From a virus (Duplodnaviria; Caudoviricetes), in the IMG/VR virus record IMGVR_UViG_3300025693_000004, positions 1 to 53,409 of that record: a DNA stretch of 53,409 bases; one strand, given 5' to 3'. The position numbers and the translations under genes are program-made. Positions 1 to 8,400 of the stretch are shown here, in pieces (within the stretch, counting starts at the first letter, position 1; every line of letters begins with the position of its first letter). The notes under the pieces were generated by a model that worked only from the letters and a program-made list of their open reading frames with translations, had not been told where the DNA came from and ran no database searches.

Positions 1-32
1 TTAGGTAGGACTGCTGATTATATTTCAGGCAT

Positions 33-59
33 AAAAAAACCAGCACTGAAGGCTGGTTT
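33..59. terminator. Intrinsic terminator-like hairpin just outside the left att
   Basis: AAAAAAACCAGC-actgaag-GCTGGTTT; lies downstream of the tRNA 3' copy on the minus strand. Confidence 0.6.
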
Positions 60-80
60 GATTACTTCAATAAAGAAGTT

Positions 81-130
81 AATGGTGGCGATACCGAGAA
101 TTGAACTTGGGACCCCAGGGTTATGAATCC
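81..130. repeat. Left att core: duplicated 3' part of tRNA-Met
   Basis: AATGGTGGCGATACCGAGAATTGAACTTGGGACCCCAGGGTTATGAATCC is identical to 53298-53347. Confidence 0.97.
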
Positions 131-234
131 CATCACACAATAAAAAAACCAATAAAAACAACCTCTTGTAATTCTCATTTACTGAAACAATAGCTTAAAG
201 TTACTACATTGCACTACGCTAGTGCTTTACTGTA

Positions 235-251
235 GCTACACTTTTACTACA
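235..251. promoter_or_regulatory. Putative integrase arm-type binding site
   Basis: GCTACActtTTACTACA matches GTTACAaatTTACTACA at 53236-53252; a further TTACTACA at 201-208. Confidence 0.55.
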
Positions 252-342
252 TCAGGTAATAAACAATTTTAACAAACAAAACTAACGAGAAACTGCGCTT
301 TAGCTTTTTAAGTGGTGCGGGGTGTCTGGTTCTTTATGGGCG

Positions 343-681
343 CTAAGGCCGACAAGATGCACATGGTTTAAAACCTCTTTTTATTGCATTTTCTTTGTTT
401 TTAAACCTGATTTCATTTTCTGCTGATACATTTCTCATCAATCCGCAAGTAGATTTGTGAAACACCCTTTCTGTTGTCATTTCTGTTGCTACATACACGA
501 ATATTTTTTTTGCTTTTGGCTTCTCTTTAATTATTATATTTTTGGATCCGCATTCTGAACATTTGTACTTTCTCAAGTTACTACGAACTTCATCAATATT
601 TGATACAGATAATTTCGATGTATCTACGTGGTGACCGCAACCCTCACAGAATAAAAAGTATATTTGTTTATTTTTCGCCAT
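343..681 (-). CDS. Zn-ribbon plus Ada-type metal-binding domain protein
   Basis: N-terminal CEGC...CSEC; C-terminal VFHKSTC...IRF...A...GFKPCASCRP; likely start MAKNKQ at 681. Confidence 0.75.
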   Translation of the reverse strand: MAKNKQIYFLFCEGCGHHVDTSKLSVSNIDEVRSNLRKYKCSECGSKNIIIKEKPKAKKIFVYVATEMTTERVFHKSTCGLMRNVSAENEIRFKNKENAIKRGFKPCASCRP

Positions 682-693
682 AACTCTAATGAA

Positions 694-788
694 ACCTAAT
701 GCCAAATTCAGTGGCCGTTTAAGGGGGCAGTTTTTGCTGTAGCAAAAAAGATGACGGTTTTTGTGTCAAGTGGATGCGATTATTATAC
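694..788. other. Degenerate attC-like hairpin
   Basis: ACCTAAT...ATTATAC ends with a central perfect inverted repeat TTTTTGCT-GT-AGCAAAAA (731-748) near the midpoint. Confidence 0.5.
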
Positions 789-803
789 TTTTTTGACAGA
801 CAC

Positions 804-828
804 AAAAAAGCCCGAGTCAACGGGCTTT
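804..828. terminator. Intrinsic terminator, minus strand (possibly bidirectional)
   Basis: AAAAAAGCCCG-agtcaa-CGGGCTTT downstream of the 917-1909 gene. Confidence 0.7.
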
Positions 829-916
829 CCAAGTTTGGACGTATAAATATATTTATACCATTTAGATCATTGGTCTATCATCAGAAAACATTAAAGATAC
901 ACTCTTTGTAATAACA

Positions 917-1909
917 TTATTCATATTTATCCCCTTGACTTAATTCTTTTTTAAATTTTGTAATCAATCTTTTAAACTCATCTTCACTGCTAATAGTAAT
1001 GAAATCTTTATCCTTTTCCAAGCAAGTTATTAATCTTTTTTGCTCTTCAACTGACTCTGCATATTCCCAAGATTTAGATATTGCATTATATATCTTAGCT
1101 TCCGGTTGATCAAGGAGAGCAAGATAACAGGCTAAGTTAAAATAGCCTACTCTTGATGGCTGTAATTTAATTGATTTTTCAATATATTCTCTCGCCTTTT
1201 GAACATTATGAGTACGCTTTTCACAAAAAGCAAGTAAATTATATGCTTTGTAATCACCTTTTGTCACCGATAAATAATGGTTTTCAAGTAGCTCAATCGC
1301 ATCAGTATAGTATTCACCATTAGCATAGCTATCTGCTCGCAACAAAACATTCTCTAATTTTATTTTATCAGAGTCTGATTCTATAGCGTCCACACGCTCC
1401 TGCCTCTCTTTACCTTCTTTTTTCAAAGAATCTACTTCATGTTGAACCTTTTTTAAAGCGGCATTACTAACCAACGATATAATAGGAAGTCCTGAATACC
1501 CTCCAATAACACTTATAGCCGCGATATAAAAAAATGTTTTTAAGCTTTCAGCTAGGTTGTCACTAACATTTAATACATGATTAAGCTCAAGGCCAAATAC
1601 CCCTATCATCAGGGATATTGCTACAATTGCACCGAAAACACCTATAAAAACATGTCCAAACACTCCAGAATTAACCTTTTTACCGTTTAAAATTGGTATT
1701 TCATGGTAATCATCACACTCAAGAGCTTGAACGAAGCCACCTGATCCTCCACAAATCGCAATAATAGAAATTAAAGGCCAAAGTGAAACTATAGTACCAA
1801 TATCTTTAGATGATGCTTGTGCCGTACTGATTAGCTGAATAACTCCTAACTCAAATGCACAGCCAAGCCCAGTTATAATTACTGCTATTAAAAGAACTAC
1901 TACAATCAT
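917..1909 (-). CDS. Multi-TM protein (YLATT-like Gly-rich helices) with coiled coil and C-terminal TPR
   Basis: Hydrophobic helices with GGSGGFVQAL, HVFIGVFGA and GGYSG; TPR-like AYNLLAF...A...IEKSIKLQP and YFNLACYLAL; AGAGG RBS before ATG at 1909. Confidence 0.6.
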   Translation of the reverse strand: MIVVVLLIAVIITGLGCAFELGVIQLISTAQASSKDIGTIVSLWPLISIIAICGGSGGFVQALECDDYHEIPILNGKKVNSGVFGHVFIGVFGAIVAISLMIGVFGLELNHVLNVSDNLAESLKTFFYIAAISVIGGYSGLPIISLVSNAALKKVQHEVDSLKKEGKERQERVDAIESDSDKIKLENVLLRADSYANGEYYTDAIELLENHYLSVTKGDYKAYNLLAFCEKRTHNVQKAREYIEKSIKLQPSRVGYFNLACYLALLDQPEAKIYNAISKSWEYAESVEEQKRLITCLEKDKDFITISSEDEFKRLITKFKKELSQGDKYE

Positions 1910-2264
1910 TTTAAAGCCTCTAAATATTATAATGCTGAGCAAATTTCCTATAAAGCATTATACACAGGCAGTACGCATAATAATCAGATTGCTTTTTTAA
2001 ATAAATACAAAAAATTCTAACTAAAAAACCGAGGGTATAACAGGTGCATATACGGAATGCCTTCATATACGAAATAGGCAGGATTCTAAAGCATGGCATT
2101 TTATCATACTTATATATCAAAAACTTACGCTATGGTTTTGGCATTGTTATGTGATTTTATAAAGCACAATCCCCAAAGCCACCCCTGACCACAAAAAATA
2201 ATCATTGGGTGTTAGTATTCTCACCGACTGGTAATTCTCCATCCCAGCTAGCATGAGTGACTTG

Positions 2265-2867
2265 TTAGCTTTTTTCACCATATACTAATGGTCCTTTTTC
2301 TTTAAAAATCAGTTCGTAACGCTTCTCAAAGCGATCTTTTGAAATAAAATATGCTTCAACAAACTCTGGTATGTGTTCAAAAAGTGCGTCTGTCATAATC
2401 TTTAGGTGAGTTGAGTCATATTCACCTAAGGATCCAGGTTCCCACGTGCTTTTTATATCAGCTTGAATTCTCATATGTAAGTCATGCCTATCATTAATAA
2501 TATCTACAATTGTTTGATATCTATCTTGTAAACATGATATTCCGTGTAGTGTATACGGATCATCTGTTGTAAGTAAAAAAGAAATACTTGAAATATCCAC
2601 TATGCATGACTCACTTCTAAATTTAACTGGAGCTATTACTTCTTCTCTATATGAATGCTCTTTAAAAGGCAAGAGAAAATCATCAAAGAACTGCATTATC
2701 CCTTCATACTGCTTGTAAAGAATATAAGCAGAAAGCCTACACCGAGACTTTTTCTCTTCTAATAAATCAATATTTTTAAGCTTCCGATTAAACCCAAAAG
2801 CTAGTAATGCACCGAAAAGAATACTTAGTACCGATATTAATAGTTTATAAACCAAATTTTCATGCAT
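2265..2867 (-). CDS. Hypothetical protein with one N-terminal TM helix
   Basis: ORF with hydrophobic LLISVLSILFGALLAFGF; stop codon lies in GCTAAC followed by AAGTCACTC. Confidence 0.65.
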   Translation of the reverse strand: MHENLVYKLLISVLSILFGALLAFGFNRKLKNIDLLEEKKSRCRLSAYILYKQYEGIMQFFDDFLLPFKEHSYREEVIAPVKFRSESCIVDISSISFLLTTDDPYTLHGISCLQDRYQTIVDIINDRHDLHMRIQADIKSTWEPGSLGEYDSTHLKIMTDALFEHIPEFVEAYFISKDRFEKRYELIFKEKGPLVYGEKS

Positions 2868-2978
2868 TTTATAGATTTCCTGAGAACCTAATGCCGCAAA
2901 CAATTAGGTGCTGATAGTGTGGGTCAGCTAACGCCTGAGCAAATATATCAAGATTTAATCAAAGCTGGCCTTAGTGTT

Positions 2979-3023
2979 CTAACTAACTAACTAACTAACT
3001 AAATAAATAAATAAATAAATAAA
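2979..3023. repeat. Compound tetranucleotide microsatellite (CTAA)n(AAAT)n
   Basis: ctaactaactaactaactaactaaataaataaataaataaataaa. Confidence 0.95.
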
Positions 3024-3278
3024 TTATTTATTTTTTCCATCAAACCTAAACAATAAATACGAGCCGATGACGATTAATGCGCTCATTAACACTGACTCTC
3101 TTGTTATATCCATATCGTACAATCCCCACCACCAAGCGTAACCAATCAACAGCGATGCTGAAATAGAATAAAGAATACTTAATTCTTGTTTGAATCTTAG
3201 CTGATATAAGGTTGCTGGCATAAATCCTGCTGCAATTGGCAGGAGCTTAATTACAAAATTTAATATATTATCTAGCAC
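3024..3278 (-). CDS. Small membrane protein (about 3 TM)
   Basis: Three hydrophobic segments; probable GTG start at 3278 after AAGGAAG. Confidence 0.55.
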   Translation of the reverse strand: MLDNILNFVIKLLPIAAGFMPATLYQLRFKQELSILYSISASLLIGYAWWWGLYDMDITRESVLMSALIVIGSYLLFRFDGKNK

Positions 3279-3397
3279 TAAACTTCCTTTTATTGATTTA
3301 CTTGCGTTAAGCAATGTTTAAGCCAACAATAATACCTTGTATTAATAGCAGTGTCTTTTTTTCGCTGCGGCATATCACCTACTTATTATCATTTAAT

Positions 3398-4822
3398 ATG
3401 GCATATCACACACATTACAAACAAGTTGGATTCACATTAATAGAAATGATGGTTGTTTTAACCATTATGGTTGCTTTAGCAGGAATAACAATCAAATCTA
3501 CTAATGACATGGCCTTTCATGCTCGATATGAACAAACTCAGGATATGGCAGATAGAATTAAAAAAGCTATTGCGGGTCATCCGGGTAGATTAGTTAATGG
3601 GCAACCTGATGTTAATGGTTATGTGGCAGATATGGGAAGAGCGCCTGAGTATTTAAGGGATTTATTGCAGGCTGGGTATTGCCGGACAGCCTTAAAAGTT
3701 TACGTTAGTCATACCAGTGACGCTAACTGTACTGGCTTGAATGTTTGGGAATGGGCTGTCAATTCTCTTTGTCTAAAAAACTCCGATACTGATAGCGTTA
3801 ATGCTATTAGCACTAAAGTTGATTGTGACGCAGAAGCTTTGCCTCATACGTGGATTGGTTCTGACGTTGACGCAACAACAAATTTAAAGCATGGCTGGAA
3901 CGGCCCTTATATTGATACTATCAAGCCAGCTGACAACAAAGGAGCTTTAAGTGATGGCTGGAAGCGCGAAACAAATAATGGTGATAATTTAGATTTTAAT
4001 TATGGGTGGACAATAGCTAATGTTGGCGGCGTATTTAGTATTGAAAGTTATGGCAGAGATCAAGCTGGCGGGGTCAATGAATGCTTCCCGGCTACAACTG
4101 ATGAATATGAAAAAGATTGTGTTACAACAATTGCACAGGGAGAATATACAAAGGACATAGGCACATTGAGCGTTAAAGTTTTTTCTGACGACGTATCAAC
4201 CTCTTCAACAGGTGTTTGTACTGTTGTAGATGGCACCATATTAACCAGTGCGACTTGTAATTCAACATCTAACCGGGAATGGGATGCAACATATAATCAA
4301 TGCGTCGATACAGACGACACAATGCCTGCAGTCACGGACTGTGTCGATAGTAATAGGCGCTGGGATCAATCATTAGGTGAATGTACTCAAACCCTACCTG
4401 GCACAACAAATAACGACTGTATTAATACAGTGCTAGGTCGATGGAATTTTGATACAAATGCGACTACATCACAAGATATATGTGCAAAAATTTTCTATCG
4501 CATTAATGGTGAAATAGCATCTCCATTAACCTCAGGTATTAAGCCGGTAACAAGAAATGGAAGTCAGCAAGATGTTATTTTTAACTTCGGGGCAACCAAT
4601 ATTCCTAACGGCATTAATGCTATAGGATTATATATGTCAAACGTCTGCGAAATTGATGCAACCGGAGTTATAGACCTAGCAATTACTGATGCGCCAACAT
4701 GTACAACCGCCGTAGGAAAAACATGGACCACTTGTTCAAGTGCAAATACCTACCCAGCCGATCACACAATCAAACAAGTAACCTTCGCCCCATATAAGGC
4801 AATCAACAACCTAGTCTGGTAA
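3398..4822 (+). CDS. Large GspG-like prepilin/pseudopilin with Cys/Trp-rich repeats
   Basis: Class III signal KQVG|FTLIEMMVVLTIMVALAG; GWNGPYI, DGW and SYGRD motifs; repeated C-x(n)-W-x(n)-C units; start ATG at 3398. Confidence 0.85.
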   Translation: MAYHTHYKQVGFTLIEMMVVLTIMVALAGITIKSTNDMAFHARYEQTQDMADRIKKAIAGHPGRLVNGQPDVNGYVADMGRAPEYLRDLLQAGYCRTALKVYVSHTSDANCTGLNVWEWAVNSLCLKNSDTDSVNAISTKVDCDAEALPHTWIGSDVDATTNLKHGWNGPYIDTIKPADNKGALSDGWKRETNNGDNLDFNYGWTIANVGGVFSIESYGRDQAGGVNECFPATTDEYEKDCVTTIAQGEYTKDIGTLSVKVFSDDVSTSSTGVCTVVDGTILTSATCNSTSNREWDATYNQCVDTDDTMPAVTDCVDSNRRWDQSLGECTQTLPGTTNNDCINTVLGRWNFDTNATTSQDICAKIFYRINGEIASPLTSGIKPVTRNGSQQDVIFNFGATNIPNGINAIGLYMSNVCEIDATGVIDLAITDAPTCTTAVGKTWTTCSSANTYPADHTIKQVTFAPYKAINNLVW

Positions 4823-4829
4823 TAATATT

Positions 4830-5429
4830 ATGAAAACAAAACAAGTCGGCATGACTCTCATTGAATTAACGGTTGTTTTACTGATATTAGTCGCACTCGC
4901 AGGGCTAGCTATTCCTTATGTTAGTGGAGTTAGTAGCGCAAGCTTATGTAAAGCAACCGATATTAGTATGGATAATATAAAAAAAACCATTATGAATGGG
5001 TTTTATATGGATACTCTGGGTCACTTTCCTAAAAAAACCAAAGCTGGAAGTGACTTTAATTTGACTTATTTAATTGATAATACTGGGTCTGAATTTACCG
5101 CTTTCAGTCCCAGCACAGGCTTAGGTTGGCATGGGCCGTACATTACAACAGGGATTAAATTATCCACCATCACATCTACGTTTAAAGACTCTGGAGGCGC
5201 AAGCTCTCACGTTCATGATGACTTAACAATCTCACACTATGCACCATTCGATGGCTGGGGAAATCCTATTATTATCCAAAAAAATACTACCAATGGCTTT
5301 AGGCTTATATCTGCCGGGCGTAATGGAGATATTGATACGAAAATTAGCGATGACCTATCTAGCGGTGATGATAGAGTTGTCTACCTTAACAAACCTGCGC
5401 CAGAAACTAATAAAAGTTGTGATGAATAA
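4830..5429 (+). CDS. GspG-like prepilin/pseudopilin
   Basis: KQVG|MTLIELTVVLLILVALAGLAIP; GWHGPYI, DGWGNPI and LISAGRNG motifs. Confidence 0.88.
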   Translation: MKTKQVGMTLIELTVVLLILVALAGLAIPYVSGVSSASLCKATDISMDNIKKTIMNGFYMDTLGHFPKKTKAGSDFNLTYLIDNTGSEFTAFSPSTGLGWHGPYITTGIKLSTITSTFKDSGGASSHVHDDLTISHYAPFDGWGNPIIIQKNTTNGFRLISAGRNGDIDTKISDDLSSGDDRVVYLNKPAPETNKSCDE

Positions 5430-5437
5430 ATGAAGTT

Positions 5438-5460
5438 AAGCCCCAGTTAAGGGGCTTTTT
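5438..5460. terminator. Terminator between the convergent pilin operon and late operon
   Basis: AAGCCCC-agttaa-GGGGCTTTTT. Confidence 0.8.
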
Positions 5461-5471
5461 ATGGATAAAAT

Positions 5472-8400
5472 TTAATTAGAAAACTGATACTTATTAGCAA
5501 TATCTCTATTCCGCTTAGGAATATACATACCGTTTTCAGTGTTCTTACTTCTGCGATTTTTCCCTTTTATTGACTGGATTACATTCTTCATTAAGATTTT
5601 TCTATTTGGGTTATTTTTATTGAAGGCTTTAATTTCATCCCATATAGATTGAAACTCAGAAATATCTTTATCGATTCGAGCATTAGCAGCAGCAGACAAT
5701 AAACTACTTCTACGCTTATCACGTTTCATTTTAACTCGACTAATGGCGTTATTCTGCGCATAAACTTCTGAGATTTCAGAACTCGCAAACCCCATAAGCT
5801 GACCAACGCCTTCCGCAATACTATAATCCTCTTTTATTTTATCGCCACGCAAGTTTTCTACGCCATCAATAGAGTATCTTAGCGCTTTCATGCTATCTTT
5901 AATCGCTTTAGGCATCATGGTTTCAAGCGCCCTTTCATTGTGGCCGTCAGCTAAGTAGCCCATAGCTCTTACTGGGTTTTCAATTAACAACCCTGACATT
6001 GGGCCAAGTATTGTTTTAGCCCAATCCCACATTTTGCTTTCACGCTCAAGCTCTCTATTCGATCCTCTCACCCATAAATCAGAAGCAGATAATCTTCCGC
6101 TCACTGAGAATGGAGTAAACGCATCAACAAAGCCTTTTGACATAACATGACTAAATTTATTCCCCGTATCTTGTGAGCCGGTAATATCGGTCACAAGGTC
6201 GGCTAGTAGTTGGCGGTAATCGCCTTCTACATCGTCAAACTCGTCATCATCACCAAATACATCAGATAATACTTGAGCCATTCCCATTGCCACGCCTGCC
6301 ATTGGCATTCCTAGTGTGCCTGCCACTGAGAATTGCATGATTAACATGCCACGCAATGCCTTTTTAGCTTCGGCTTTTTCTTCTGGCGTGCTGCCTTTAT
6401 ATGCTTGCTGAATAGTTCTTGCATAAAGGTAGGTTAAATTTTGTGAGTATTGCTTAAACTGAGTAACAACCCTGGCAACATTTCCGCGCATAAATCTAGC
6501 TCGGTTTGAACTGGTGTAATCAAAATGCGAATCTAGCACTAAATCTGCCGCAAACTGAACGGCCTCATTATGATTCATGCCTTTTTCTTTGCCTGCACGA
6601 TAAGAAGCTAAGGCGGTAATTTCTCTATTCATACGCTCGGCATGGTGAAAACCAAACGATAAGACGTTCATTATTTTATGCTTACCGGTATTGGTTAAAA
6701 TACCTTCATCACTTAGCCCGGCTAAATCATGCGCTAAAGTAACATCAAGTAAGCCACTATCAATCCAATCATTAAATGCCTGTAACTCATCACCTTTTAG
6801 CTCGCCTTTAATAGATAGGCCGTTAATTAACGAATCACCTTTTTTCTTTTTAAGGTGCATATTCTTGCCAAAAATCTTAGTGGCTTCAAGCATGTACTTT
6901 GATGCTTTACCCCAGCCAACCTTAGATGCAAGTATTGGTAATGATACAACAGGTGTTTGCGTTAAATTCACCATAGCGGCAGCCGGGGTTAATCCTAAGA
7001 ACCACGCAAAGCCTACGCTATTTAGTTTTTGCGCTAATGGATGCACTTTAGGGTTCATCATATCCTTGTATGACTTCCTTAGTTCATCAAGCGCATTGAC
7101 CGCAAAAGTTCTTTGATCTGGCTTAATATTTCTGGCTAGCTCTAGTAATCTTTCTGTTTTATCCGCAAGCTCATTAATAGCAGCATCAGAATAGGATTTT
7201 TTCCACTTCTTAAACTGCAATAACATAGCGGTTTCATCTTCATCAGTAGAGTTAGATAAGTCAGTATTAATATCGTCCATGCTCATATCGGCATTTAGGT
7301 ATTCATTAATCCATTCGATTAACTTTTCTGCTTTAGCTCGCTTAATTTTGCTTGATGCAATATCAATCACTTCTTTTGATTCGGTCAATGTTTCCTGTAA
7401 TTTATGACCAAACTTTAATTTAGCTAAGCTATTTGCATCATGTAAAGATTTTTTGGCGAAGGCTCTTAGTTGATCCTGGTGGAAACCTTTCGTTTTCTTT
7501 CTATGGATAAAATGTTTTCTTGCGCTAACATCTGGCAATGAATTTAAGTAAAGCTGATACACGCTATCACGCAAATCATTTACCATAGGCACATCACCAA
7601 GCCCACTTATTAAGGTATCAACCTCGGTAATAAACTCAGCACTTACTCCGTCAACTTCGGAAAGGTTTTCCAACTGCTTACCGCTACCAAGAATATTAAC
7701 GCCATCTTGTCGCATTTGCTGCTTAAACACCTCCTGCTCTGCTTCACTCTCAAACATATTGAAAGCGGTATCATCCCCGTTTTCAGTTTGTACCCAATAA
7801 TCCCCAAACCGTGCTAAAGGAAAGTAAGGTGCTTGTGCCTGTAATGATTCAAACTTTAAGCGTAATGCAGCGATTAAGTTCTTCTTAACCTCTGGGCTAG
7901 CTTCTGAGTCACCTATTCTTTGCTTTAATGCTTCAAGCGTATCTTCAAAGTGCTTTTCATGGTGATTTCTTGATTTTCTGTAAATACTCGCAGCATCAGA
8001 TGATTTTTTAGCTAACTTATTAAACCTTGCTTTGATTTCTGGGTACGCTACTTTGCGCTTTTTCTCAAAAGCAATCATCATACGAAGCTCTTCTATTTCC
8101 CTAAACATAGATGCTTTGTTGTCACCCGCTCTTCCGCGTATTTTTTCTTGAATAGCTTTGATTTTATCGTTAGCTTCATCAATATCAATCGCTTTTACAT
8201 AATGCTCGGCACCATCAACGCCAGCTATTGTTGAGTCGTGCATCAAGTCCGACATTTCATTGCTGATTTTCTTATCCAGCTTAGCCCAATCAGTAGCAAT
8301 CTCCCCTGCATCAGAAAGCCGCTTATTTTTCTCAGTGTCCATTGCATGTACGTTTTTAACGTATCGGCCTTTAATTTCCGGCAAGACCTCTTTAGTTAAG

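Noticed and set aside
81-130. Second tRNA gene
   Set aside because: Only the 3' part is present (no D-arm or 5' acceptor strand); it is the att duplication
1920-2120. 66-aa ORF, and a CATATACG(G/A)AAT direct repeat at 2047-2075
   Set aside because: No motif or clear RBS; the two-copy repeat is too little to assign a function
2979-3023. CRISPR array
   Set aside because: Simple tetranucleotide repeat with no spacers; no cas genes in the window
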